NCBI GenBank assembly: GCA_035353175.1
Contig: DAOPZC010000009.1
Span: forward strand, 27,304 to 91,303
DNA from: Kiritimatiellia bacterium
Lineage (GTDB): Bacteria; Verrucomicrobiota; Kiritimatiellia; RFP12; UBA1067
Reading direction: 5' to 3'
DNA: 64,000 nt
Made by a program: the position numbers and the translations under genes. Shown here piece after piece: positions 18,562-28,700 of the stretch (position 1 is the stretch's first letter; each line of letters begins with the position of its first letter). The notes below the pieces were generated by a model. That model ran no database searches and was not told the DNA's origin. It saw nothing but the letters and a program-made list of their open reading frames with translations.

Positions 18562-19992
18562 GTGAAAAAGGAGCTTTCAGATTGCGCGGGGGCCCCGCCG
18601 CCGGGCGGCTACCGCGAGATGTGGCGCATCGTCGCCCCGCTGATCCTCAGCATGGCGTCGTACACCATCATGCAGTTCTGCGACCGCGTGTTCCTCTCGC
18701 GCTACAGCAGCGTGACGATTCAGGCTGCGCTGCCGGCGGGCGTGCTGGCGCATACGCTGATCTGCTTCTTTCAGGCGCTGACGGGCTACGCGGGCACGTT
18801 CACTGCCCATTACCACGGCGCGAAAGATCCCGCCCAGTGCGTGCGGGCCACCGTGCAGGGCCTCTGGCTGGCGCTGGCGTCGTGGCCGCTGATCCTGCTC
18901 CAGATCCCGTTCGGGACGTGGCTCATGACGCTGGGCGGCCATGCGCCCGAGGTGCTGGCGGCGGAAAAGACCTATTTCGTGATCCTCATGGCGGGCGGCA
19001 TCATGGTGCCGCTCAACTCCGCCATCGGCGGGTATTTCATGGGGATCGGGCGCACGAAGGTCAACATGGTCGCCAACACGCTCGGCTGCTCGCTCAACAT
19101 CGTCCTCAACTACGCCATGATTTTCGGGCACTGGGGCGTCCCGGCGATGGGCATCGCGGGCGCGGCGTACGCCACCCTGATCTCGGGGTTCGTCACCTGC
19201 CTCGTCCAAGTCGTCCTTTTCCTGAAGGAGCGCCATGTGCTGAGTGTCGGCTGGCGGTTGGCCCTGAGGCTCGACCTCCCGCTGGTGGGGCGCATCGTCC
19301 GCTTCGGCCTGCCGTCGGGGCTCCAGCTGGTGATGGACGTCGGCTCGTTCGCCGTGTTCATCATGCTCACCGGGCGCCTGGGCGATCTGGCGCTGGCCGC
19401 GAGCAACATCGCCTTCAGCATCAACAATCTGGCGTTCGCGCCGCTGCTCGGCTTCGGCCTCGCCGCCTCGACGGTCGTGGGCCACCACCAGGGCGCGCGC
19501 CATCCCGAGGCGGCCCGGCGGGCCGGCTACACCGGCCTCAAGATGGGCTTGATCTACATGTGCGTGATCGGCGCGACGTTCGTCCTTTTCCCCAAGGGCT
19601 ATTTCGAGCTGTTCCGCTCCAAGGACGCCGCGTTTACGGCCGACGAACTGCTGTCCCTGGGCCGGCCGATGCTTCTGATGATGACCGCCTGGGGGCTGCT
19701 CGACACGGTCTCCATCGTCCTCAGCGGCGCGCTGAAAGGCGCGGGCGACACGCGCTTCGTGATGGTCTACATGATCCTCGGCAGCTGGCTGGTTCTGGTG
19801 CCCGGTTCGCTTCTGCTGCTGCATGCCGGCGCCGGGATCCTCGGCCTGTGGGGCTGGCTCGCGGTCTACGTTTGCGTGCTCGCCGTCGGCTTCTGGTGGC
19901 GCTGGCAGCAGGGGCGCTGGAAAAACATCCGGGTCATCGAGTGCCGCGAGGGGCTGGAGTACATTCCGCCCGTCACGGACGAGATCCACTGA
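18562..19992 (+). CDS. MATE-family multidrug/oligosaccharide efflux transporter
   Basis: 476 aa, 12 predicted TM segments. MATE/NorM-like N-terminus (REMWRIVAPLILSMASYTIMQFCDRVFLSRYS). Confidence 0.8.
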   Translation: MKKELSDCAGAPPPGGYREMWRIVAPLILSMASYTIMQFCDRVFLSRYSSVTIQAALPAGVLAHTLICFFQALTGYAGTFTAHYHGAKDPAQCVRATVQGLWLALASWPLILLQIPFGTWLMTLGGHAPEVLAAEKTYFVILMAGGIMVPLNSAIGGYFMGIGRTKVNMVANTLGCSLNIVLNYAMIFGHWGVPAMGIAGAAYATLISGFVTCLVQVVLFLKERHVLSVGWRLALRLDLPLVGRIVRFGLPSGLQLVMDVGSFAVFIMLTGRLGDLALAASNIAFSINNLAFAPLLGFGLAASTVVGHHQGARHPEAARRAGYTGLKMGLIYMCVIGATFVLFPKGYFELFRSKDAAFTADELLSLGRPMLLMMTAWGLLDTVSIVLSGALKGAGDTRFVMVYMILGSWLVLVPGSLLLLHAGAGILGLWGWLAVYVCVLAVGFWWRWQQGRWKNIRVIECREGLEYIPPVTDEIH

Positions 19993-20064
19993 GGCTTTGA
20001 AGGCCGCTTGTGTCTGGGACACGATGGCGAACACGAGTGAGGCGGGCTGCGCGGCGGAGGCGTC

Positions 20065-21498
20065 TCACACCTGCGCGACGGGAAGCGCCAGCGCCGCGTC
20101 GATGTTGGCGTCGAGCTTCGCGCTGAACTCCAGCACCGAGGCGTTGAGGTGGTTGAGCCCCAGCGCTTCGAGCGGCTCGCCGTCGTCGAGCATCACCTTC
20201 GTGATGTCGGCGACGGTGATGCTGCCGCCGCAGCGGAAAAGCAGGTATTCGCCGGGCCGTCCCGCCACCTCCGCCAGGATCCGGTTGCGGACCAGGTCGT
20301 CGAGGATATCTTTGGCGAAGCGGTAAGGGATGCCGCGCTCTTTCGCGAACGCTTCGGCGGCGAAGGGCCCGCCCTCGGCCTCGCGCGCCCGCCGCGCGGT
20401 CTCGGCGCAGAGCGTCAGCGCCAGCAGGAGGCGGGCGCGCAGGCTGGCGCCGGACGCGTTCTGCTCCAGCACGTAGGTGTCGCGGTTCTGCACCGCGAAC
20501 GCGATCTCCGAGCCGAGCAGGATGATCTGCCAGCTCGTATAAACCCACATCAGCAGGATGGGCAGCACGGCGAAGCCGCCGTAGAGCGTGCTGTACTTGC
20601 CGATGCCGATCTGCAGCATCGCGCACAGCTTCAGCCAGCCGGCGAAGAGGACCACCGTCACGAACCCGCCCGCCAGCGCCGGCAGCAGCTTGACCCGGGC
20701 GTTCGGCATGAACCCCAGCAGGAAGGCGAAGGTCAGCGTGCCAATGAGCAGGGTGACGGACGTTTTGAACAGGCCGCTGGCCAAGAGCGAGCGCAGGGCG
20801 TCCGAAGCGGAGCCGCCCACCGTCTTGTCCATGACGCCGGTGAGCAGCGCGGCCACCGGCACGGAGGACGCCGCGGTGACCAGGAAGGGCAGGATGAGGC
20901 AGACGAACAGGTAGTCGGCGCATTTCCGCACGAGGGGCCGCGGCCGCTCCGCGCCCCAGATCTGGTTGAAGCTGGACTCGACCTTGCCCAGCATGCCGAT
21001 CACGGTCCAGAGCAGCATGACCGCGCCGACGCCGCCCAGCGTGCCGAACTTGAGCTGGTCGATCTGCGTGAAGAGTTTGTCCGAGAGCTCGCGCACCTGC
21101 GACGAGAAGGCTTTGGTGACTTCGGCCTGCGCCTTCTCCTCGTCCCGGCTCTCCGCCCCGGCCTTCTTTTCCACGGCCTGCTCCATCTGCACCATCCAGC
21201 CATCCAGCTGGCGGTTGAATTGCTCGCGGGCCACATCCCCGGCGCCGAACGCGCGCGCCATCGCGAGGGTCATCGCCAGGATGGGGATGAGCGTCATCAG
21301 CGAAAAAAAGGTCAGCGACGCCGCATGAAGCGAGCACTGGTTGCGCTTGAACCCGGAGACCACCAGCGCCCCCAGGCGCACGGCGTGTACGCCGAAGCGC
21401 CGGATCCAAGGCAGTTCGCCGGAGTGCACCTCCCAGAGGCCGCGCCGCATAAACCGGATTGCCTTTTCAAAGACGGATGTTTTTGTTTCGCGTTTCAT
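20065..21498 (-). CDS. YihY/BrkB-family inner-membrane protein with C-terminal extension
   Basis: 477 aa. YihY/virulence factor BrkB motifs (ASLTFFSLMTLIPILA...FNQIWG...YGGFAVLPILLMWVYTSWQIILLGSEIA). About 130-aa C-terminal cytoplasmic extension. Confidence 0.75.
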   Translation of the reverse strand: MKRETKTSVFEKAIRFMRRGLWEVHSGELPWIRRFGVHAVRLGALVVSGFKRNQCSLHAASLTFFSLMTLIPILAMTLAMARAFGAGDVAREQFNRQLDGWMVQMEQAVEKKAGAESRDEEKAQAEVTKAFSSQVRELSDKLFTQIDQLKFGTLGGVGAVMLLWTVIGMLGKVESSFNQIWGAERPRPLVRKCADYLFVCLILPFLVTAASSVPVAALLTGVMDKTVGGSASDALRSLLASGLFKTSVTLLIGTLTFAFLLGFMPNARVKLLPALAGGFVTVVLFAGWLKLCAMLQIGIGKYSTLYGGFAVLPILLMWVYTSWQIILLGSEIAFAVQNRDTYVLEQNASGASLRARLLLALTLCAETARRAREAEGGPFAAEAFAKERGIPYRFAKDILDDLVRNRILAEVAGRPGEYLLFRCGGSITVADITKVMLDDGEPLEALGLNHLNASVLEFSAKLDANIDAALALPVAQV

Positions 21499-22742
21499 TG
21501 GCCTCTCCTTTGATTCCGCTCGCGCCGCTTACGTTCCGCCGCGCGCCGGAGCGGCTTCACGCGGATCGCCCTGGGCGAGGCCGGGCACACGTACTCGCAG
21601 GCGCCGCAGCCCGTACACGCCTTGGGGTCGACCACGACGCGGCTCGTCATGTTCACCGGATCCCACGCCAGATCCAGCGCCCCGAAGCGGCAGGCGCCCG
21701 CGCACGCGCCGCATTCGCGGTTTTGGCCCAGCAGGCACTGCTCTTCGTCCACCCGCGCGAGGCCCATCGGCACCGCGAATTTCTTTTCCGCCGTGAACCG
21801 CGGGATCGCGCCGCTCGGGCAGGACTGGCCGCACGCGGCGCAGTCGGGCGCGCAATAGCTGTAGTCGAACGTCACCTCCGGCGCCAGGACGCCGGCCCAG
21901 CCCGCGTCTTTTCCGCCGAACCGGATGATGCCGCTCGGGCAGGCCCGCACGCACGCGCCGCACCGGACGCACAGCCGCGTGAAACGGGCCTCCCGTCCGC
22001 TGGCCGGCGGGCGGAGCACCTCCGGCTGCGCCGCGCGCCCCGGCGGCAGCGCGAGCCGGTAGCCCGCGCCCAGCCCGAGACCCAGAAACGCGCGCCGCCC
22101 GATCGCCGCCGCCTCCCGGCTGCCCTTCTCCACGCCGTCCGCCTTCAGGCGCAGCGGGAGCCGCAGCAAGTCCTGCAGCGCGCCCAGCGGGCACAGCCGG
22201 CCGCACCAGAGTCCCGGGGCGAGCAGCGCGGCGGCCAGCAAGAGCGGCAGCCCCGCCGCGGCGAGCCAGTCGCGCGGCTCGAGGTGATCGCGCGCGAGGC
22301 CGAAGACGGCGTTAAAAAGCACCAGCGGGTCGAGCCAGCCGAACAGCGGATAGCCCGCCAGCGCCGCGCCCGCGCCGACAAACACCAGCGCCGCGCCGAC
22401 CCGCGGCACCCGGCCGGTCCATGCCCGCCGCCGGCTGCGGTACGACACCGCGTCCTGGCAGGTCCCGACGGGACACAGCCAGCGGCAGAACGCGCGCGGC
22501 CGGAAGGCGCACACGGCGGCCAGCGCCAGCGCGCCCAGCATGAACAGGGCGCCCGTCCCCGCCGCGACGGCGAGCAGGGCGTTGAAGGGGCTCAGCGCGG
22601 GCACCAGGCCCGCCTGCCACGCCGCCTCAGCGCCGGGCCAGGCGCAGACCGCCGCCGCGAGACACGCCGCGCCCCGCACCAGCCTCCGCAAATTCTCACG
22701 GTTTTTCAGCATTCCCAAAACATCCTCAACAGGTGCGGCCAT
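21495..22742 (-). CDS. Membrane-bound polyferredoxin (NapH/MauN-like, 4Fe-4S binding)
   Basis: Several TM segments with CxxC/CP motifs (CRWLCPVG, CGRLCPLG). C-terminal tandem ferredoxin motifs (CVRCGACVRACP; CAACGQSCP; CGACAGAC; CTGCGACEYVCP). Start chosen at MAAPVEDV to avoid overlapping the divergent gene. An alternative ATG lies at 22712. Confidence 0.65.
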   Translation of the reverse strand: MAAPVEDVLGMLKNRENLRRLVRGAACLAAAVCAWPGAEAAWQAGLVPALSPFNALLAVAAGTGALFMLGALALAAVCAFRPRAFCRWLCPVGTCQDAVSYRSRRRAWTGRVPRVGAALVFVGAGAALAGYPLFGWLDPLVLFNAVFGLARDHLEPRDWLAAAGLPLLLAAALLAPGLWCGRLCPLGALQDLLRLPLRLKADGVEKGSREAAAIGRRAFLGLGLGAGYRLALPPGRAAQPEVLRPPASGREARFTRLCVRCGACVRACPSGIIRFGGKDAGWAGVLAPEVTFDYSYCAPDCAACGQSCPSGAIPRFTAEKKFAVPMGLARVDEEQCLLGQNRECGACAGACRFGALDLAWDPVNMTSRVVVDPKACTGCGACEYVCPASPRAIRVKPLRRAAERKRRERNQRRGQ

Positions 22743-22822
22743 CTTACCGCGATCCCGTTCGGAAAGCAAAGTCGTTTCCGACCGGGCGAATCTGCTAGAA
22801 AGGAAAAGGCGGATGCGGTATC

Positions 22823-24136
22823 TTGAAATCACTAAATGGGGCTCGGGCCGTGCGGCGCAGGGCGGCGCGTCCCACGGCGGAATCAGGCGAGAGGAGGCTA
22901 CGGGTGAAAAGCTGGAAAGCGGGTGTTGTCCGGTCGGCCGGCGCGGTCTCGCGCCGGGAGTTCGTCGTTCTGACCAGTGCCGCCGGCCTTGCCGCTTCAG
23001 CCTCGCCGGCGCGCGCGCAGCCGGCGGCCGCGGCGGGGCCGAAGATCCGGCTCGGCATTGTCGGGTGCGGCGGCCGCGGCACGTTCGTGGGGAACCTGTT
23101 TCAGCAGCACGGCGGCTACGAGATCGTGGCGCTGGCCGATTATTTCCAGGACCGCGCGGACGAGGCGGGCGAGCGGTTCGGCGTGCCCCCCGCGCGCCGC
23201 TTCACGGGTCTTTCGGGCTACAAGCGGGTGCTCGATGCGGCGCCGGACGCCGTGGCCGTCACCTCGCCGCCCTACTTCCACCCCGAGCAGGCCGCTGCGG
23301 CGGTCGATGCGGGAATCCACGTGTACGTCGCCAAACCGGTCGCCGTGGACGTGCCCGGATGCCGCTCGATCGAGGCCAGCGGCCGGCGGGCCACGGAGAA
23401 GAAACGCTGCTTCCTCGTGGATTTCCAGACGCGGGTCAACCCGTTCTACCGCGAGGCGGTCCGCCTCGTGCATGCCGGCGCGATCGGCGAATTCGCGTTC
23501 GGCGAGGCTTCGTACCAGTGCGGGCGGCTGGGCCTCCATCCGCCGGCCGAAGGGGAGGAGGGGCGCCTCCGCAACTGGGTCTTCGACCAGGCGCTCTCCG
23601 GCGACATCATCACGGAGCAGAACATTCATGCGCTGGACGTGATGAGCTGGGTGCATCAGCGGCCGCCGCTCCACGTTTTCGGGACCGGCGCGCGCAAGGT
23701 GCGGGTCGATGTCGGCGACAACTGGGACACCTTCTCGCTGGTCTACCAGTACCCGCAGAACGTCGGCATGAATTTCACGTCGCGCCAGTTCGAGGGGCAC
23801 GGCACCGCCGAAGGCATCCTCTGCCGCCTGTTCGGCACCAAGGGCGTGCTGGAGACCGCGTACGGCGGCAACGTGCTGATCCGCGGCGAGAACTTCTACC
23901 GCGGCGGGGCCACCCGGCAGATCTACGTGGAGGGCGCCACCGCCAACGTTGCGGCCTTTCACCGGGCGATCGCGGCGGGGGACTTTACGAACGCGACCGT
24001 CGCGCCGAGCGTGCAGAGCAACCTGATCACGGTGATGGGGCGCAAGGCGGCCTACACCGGCAAACTCGTGACGTGGGACGAGATCGCCAAGGATACGGAG
24101 CGGCTCGACGGCCGGCTCGGCGGGCTGAAGGGGTGA
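22823..24136 (+). CDS. Gfo/Idh/MocA-family NAD(P)-dependent oxidoreductase with twin-arginine (Tat) signal
   Basis: Tat motif SRREFVVLTSAAGLAASASPARAQ. Rossmann motif IRLGIVGCGGRG. Family motifs in the C-terminal alpha/beta domain. The true start may lie downstream of the ORF start. Confidence 0.7.
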   Translation: MKSLNGARAVRRRAARPTAESGERRLRVKSWKAGVVRSAGAVSRREFVVLTSAAGLAASASPARAQPAAAAGPKIRLGIVGCGGRGTFVGNLFQQHGGYEIVALADYFQDRADEAGERFGVPPARRFTGLSGYKRVLDAAPDAVAVTSPPYFHPEQAAAAVDAGIHVYVAKPVAVDVPGCRSIEASGRRATEKKRCFLVDFQTRVNPFYREAVRLVHAGAIGEFAFGEASYQCGRLGLHPPAEGEEGRLRNWVFDQALSGDIITEQNIHALDVMSWVHQRPPLHVFGTGARKVRVDVGDNWDTFSLVYQYPQNVGMNFTSRQFEGHGTAEGILCRLFGTKGVLETAYGGNVLIRGENFYRGGATRQIYVEGATANVAAFHRAIAAGDFTNATVAPSVQSNLITVMGRKAAYTGKLVTWDEIAKDTERLDGRLGGLKG

Positions 24137-24189
24137 CGCGGAGCGCTCAACGCTCACCGTTGAACGCTCAACACTGAAGGAGAGCATAC

Positions 24190-25617
24190 ATGGGCCAGGA
24201 CATGGAGGCGCTGTATCAGGCGCGGCTGCGGCGGCTCGTGACCGCGCTGAACAACAAGAAGCCGGACCGCGTGCCGGTGCGGCCGTTCGCGGCGGAGTTC
24301 ACGGGGCGGCACGCGGGCTTCACCTGCCAGCAGCTGACGCAGCACTACCCGGACGCGTTCGAGGCGATGGTCCGCTGCTGCAAGGACTACGACTGGGACG
24401 CGGTGCCGGCCAGCATGGTCTACGTCTGGACCGGCATCACCGACGCCGCGGGCGTGCGCTACTACGGCGAGCCCGGCGTGGACGTGCCGCCCGACCGCGG
24501 TTTCCAGTACCGCGAGCCGCCGGAAGAAGCCGCGTTCATGCGCGAGGACGAGTACGACCGGCTGATCGACGATCCGACCGCGTTCCTCTACGAGGTGTGG
24601 CTGCCGCGCGCGTCGCGCCGCATCGCGGCGGCGGGCGAGCCCGTGACCTTCCGCCACGACGCGGCGCTCGTGTCGGCAGCCATGGCGATGACGCAGTATT
24701 TCAACGCCTTCGGGCCGCACTGCGCGCGGCTGCGCGGCGAGTGCGGGATGCCCGGCGCGATCGCCGGTATCTTCAAGGCGCCGTTCGACATTCTCGGAGA
24801 CAAGCTGCGCGGCTATATCGGGCTCACGATGGACATGTACGCGCAGCCCGAGAAAGTGCTGAAGGCCTGCGAGGCGCTGATGCCGCACCTCCACTGGGTG
24901 GCGTCGGCCACGGCCGATCCGGCGTCGCAGCTGCCGATCGGCTATTGGATGCACCGCGGCTGCGTGCCCTTCGTGCGGCCCGACCAGTTCGCCTCGCACT
25001 ACTGGCCCACGGTGAAGCCGATCATCGAAGAGCTGTGGCGCGGCGGCCATCAGACCCTGTTCTACGCGGAGGGCAACTGGGACGCGCATCTCGACGCCTT
25101 CCGCGAGTTGCCGGAGCGCAGCATCGTCTATCACATCGACCGCGGCAATCCGCTCCTGACGCACCGCACGCTGCACGACAAGTTCGCGCTGAGCGGCGGC
25201 GTCAACAACGTGACCCTCGCGATCGGCACGCCCGCGCAGGTGCGGCATGAGGTCCGCACGCTGATCGAGACCGTGGGCCGAGAGGGCGGCTACATCATGG
25301 ATGCGAGCGCGATCATGCAGAACGACACCACCCCGGAGAACATGCGGGCGCTGGTTGAGGCGACGCACGAGTTCGGCGGCTATGATGCTCCCGACGCGCT
25401 GCCGGAGCCGCTGCGCGTCGCGCCGGCGTCGGCCGCGCCGCCGCGCGGCTTCTCCGCGGGGAACGGCCGCGCGCCGGGCGAGTGCGTCCCGTGGGCGGAG
25501 CGCAAGGCGGAACTCGCCGGGCCGGTGCAGGGCAGCGAAGAGCTGGCCGAACGCGTGTGGCGGTCGGTCGACGCCGGCGGCGCGATGTTCATCTGGCAGA
25601 TGCTGCTCTCGTTCTGA
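24190..25617 (+). CDS. Uroporphyrinogen-decarboxylase (URO-D)-like family protein (MtaA/CmuA-like fold)
   Basis: 475 aa. URO-D-like TIM-barrel regions. No canonical HemE signature. Function unknown. Confidence 0.55.
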   Translation: MGQDMEALYQARLRRLVTALNNKKPDRVPVRPFAAEFTGRHAGFTCQQLTQHYPDAFEAMVRCCKDYDWDAVPASMVYVWTGITDAAGVRYYGEPGVDVPPDRGFQYREPPEEAAFMREDEYDRLIDDPTAFLYEVWLPRASRRIAAAGEPVTFRHDAALVSAAMAMTQYFNAFGPHCARLRGECGMPGAIAGIFKAPFDILGDKLRGYIGLTMDMYAQPEKVLKACEALMPHLHWVASATADPASQLPIGYWMHRGCVPFVRPDQFASHYWPTVKPIIEELWRGGHQTLFYAEGNWDAHLDAFRELPERSIVYHIDRGNPLLTHRTLHDKFALSGGVNNVTLAIGTPAQVRHEVRTLIETVGREGGYIMDASAIMQNDTTPENMRALVEATHEFGGYDAPDALPEPLRVAPASAAPPRGFSAGNGRAPGECVPWAERKAELAGPVQGSEELAERVWRSVDAGGAMFIWQMLLSF

Positions 25618-25700
25618 GCCGGCACGGCCGGGTGCGAAAGAACCGGCATTCGTGTGGCTTCCTTCGCCTGTTGACGGGTTTCAAGCGGTCGTGATACCGT

Positions 25701-28700
25701 TTGGAAATGACACCCTTTGACATTCTGGTTTTGACGGCGGCGAACGAGGCGCAGGCGGAAGGCTACCGGGCGCAGCTGGCGTGGCGGCAGGCGAACGGCC
25801 TGCTCGATCCGGCCACGCGGGCGTTGGTGATCACCGATCCGGGCGGTCGGCGCGTGGGTTCGCTGGGGGCGACGTTGAACGTGCTGGCCGAGCTGGCGAG
25901 GGAGCCCGGCGGCCGGAAGACGGAGGACGGCGGGGGGACGAAAAAAGCCGGCCTTAAGCTTCGGGCCTCCGACCTCGAAGCGGCCTTCAGGAACAAGCGC
26001 ATCCTGATCTGCCACTCCGGCGGTGACAGCCGCCGGACGCCCGCCTACGCGGCGCAGGGCAAGGTCTTCACGCCGGTGCCGACGGCGGCGGCGAACGGCG
26101 CGCCGCTCGCGCTGTTCGACCTCATTTTGCAGACGGTGTCAAATCTGCCCGCGCCCGCGCAGGGCCACGTGCTGGTCACGTCGGGCGACGTGCTGCTGAC
26201 CTTCGATCACGCGTCGGTCGACTTCGCGCTTCCGGGCATCACAGGCGTGGCGTATTTCGGTCCCGTCGAACGCGGGTCGCATCATGGCGTGTATGTGCCG
26301 GAGGCGTTTCGCGGCAACCCGTTGCGGACCGAGTGCGTGCCGGTGGTCGATTTCCTGCAGAAGCCTACCGAGGACGAGGCGCGCGCCTGCGGCGCGGTGG
26401 ACCCGTTCGGCCACGTGGCGGTGGATACGGGGCTGGTGAGCTTCGACCCCGCGACCTGCGCGCGGCTTTTGGCGTTCGCCGGGAAGGGGCTGCTGGCGGA
26501 AATCGTCGGCGGAAGCTGTCCGGCGCTCGACCTGTACGAAGAGCTGACCATGGCGGTGGCGCCGCGCTTCGACGAGGCGCGGTATCTCGAACGGTTCGTG
26601 ACGGGACGCGGACGCGACGCGGCACATGGCCGGCGCATGCGGGCCTTTTACCGCGCGCTGCGCGGCGTGCCGTTCCGCGTGAACATCGTGCCATACTGCG
26701 AGTTTTTCCACATCGGCAGCAGCCGCGAGTTGCTTTCGGGTTTCGCCGGGCTGTCGCGGACGGCGCAGGAGTACCGCTTCGCGAACGGCAGCGGCGCGTG
26801 CGTGACCCGCGGCGGCGAGACCGGTCGGGCGTTCATCTTCAACGCGCGGATCGAGTGTCCTCTCAAGACCGGCGCCGCGCTGATCGAGGGCGTGCACGCG
26901 GCGGGGTGCAAGGCTCTGACGCTCGAGGGCGAGAACATCCTGACGGGCCTGCCGCCGGAAGCCTCCGGAGAGATCCGGCTGCCGAAGGGCGTCGGCCTGG
27001 TCTGTCTGCCGATCGGCAACGCAGCGTGGGCGGCGGTGGCCTACGGGCTGGACGACGATTTCAAGACGCCGTTCGGCGGCGCGAAGCCGTGCCGGTTCCT
27101 GAACGCGCCGATCGAGGCGTGGCTGGCGCGCAGCGGCGTGCCCGCCTCGCGGCTGTGGCGGGGCGACGAGCAAGACGGGCTGTGGCGCGCGCGTCTGTGG
27201 CGCGTGGGGACGCTTGACGAGGTGCTGGCCGAAGCCGTTGCCATGGGCAATGGGCAACCGGCAATAGGCAATGGGCAATGGGCGATGGGCAATGGGCTGG
27301 CGGGGTGGGGGGCACGCCGCTACGGCATCGCGGAGCTGCTGCCGCGGGTGAACCACGAGCGGCTGCTGGCGGTGCGGCAGGAGATCCGGCGGCAGGTGAA
27401 TCTGATGAGCGTGGCGGAACGCCTGCTCGGCGACGACGCGCTGCCGGCCGCGACGGTGTGCGGGGAGATCCGCAACCGGGACGAGTCCGCGCGGGTGGTG
27501 CGGCAGCTGGCGGCGCTGCTCGAGGGCGAGGCCCTGGACAAGCCCTTGCTGCGGGCGCGGGTGCTGCGCCTGATGGCGATGATCGGACAGAGGGACGGAG
27601 GACGGAAGACGGAGGACGGAGGGCGGAAGGCGGAGGACGGAGGACGGAAGACGGAGGACGGGTGGCGGGAAAGGCCGGCACGGGGAGAGGCCGCCGGCCG
27701 CCGATCTCCGGTCGTTGATCCCCAAGCCGCCGCGTTCGCGGCGGTGGCGGAGGCCGTGGCGGTGAGTTTCGAACCCTGCGGCCAGCCGCGCGCAGCGGCG
27801 ATCCTGCACGACCAGGTGGTGTGGGTCACGACGCCGGTGCGCATCGACTTCGCCGGGGGCTGGTCGGACACGCCGCCGATCTGCACGGAGCGGGGCGGAG
27901 CGGTGCTCAACGCGGCGGTGACGCTGAACGGCCTTTATCCGGTCCAGGTGATGGCGAAGCTCAACACCGCGGGCTGCATCCGGCTTTCGAGCATCGATCT
28001 GGGCGAACGCAAAGAGATCCGCACGACGGAAGAGTTGCTGGACCACCGCGATCCGCACGACTGGGCGGCCTTGGCCAAGGCCGCGCTGATCCTCGCGGGG
28101 ATCGGCCCTTCGCGGACGGAGGAGCCGCTCGCCCAGTGGCTGAAGGCGCTGGGCGGCGGGCTCGACCTGACGATCTTCTCGTCGCTGCCCAAGGGCTCGG
28201 GCATGGGGACGAGCTCGATTCTGGGCGCGGCCGTGATCGCCTGCCTCGACCGCGTGCTGGGCGTGCCGTTCAATACGGACCGGCTGGTCCGCATGGCCTC
28301 GATCCTGGAGCAGCGCATGTGTACCGGCGGCGGCTGGCAGGACCAGGTGGGCGGCATCATGCCGGGCGTCAAGCTGATCCGGACCGAGCCGGGGCCGGAC
28401 CAAACGGTGTCGCTGCGGTGGACGGTTTTCGACATGTCCGAGGGGAGCGAGCTGAAGCGGCGCTGCCTGCTCTATTTCACGGGGCAGAAGCGCATGGCGC
28501 GCAATATCTTGCAGAACGTGGTTTCGGGCTATCTGGCGCGGGACCCGCTGGTGTTGCAGACCGTCGAAGACCTCAAGGAGGCCGCAACGGCGGCCAAGGA
28601 GGCGCTGGACGCGCAGGACATCGACGGGTTCGCGCGGGGCGTGGCCCGGTATTGGGAGCTCAAGAAGCGCATCGACCCGGGGTCGACCAACGCGCCGATC

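Noticed and set aside
27241-27665. Tandem direct repeats considered as a possible CRISPR or minisatellite locus
   Set aside because: Units are 9 and 18 nt with no spacers, and they lie in-frame inside a coding gene. They are coding low-complexity insertions, not a CRISPR array.
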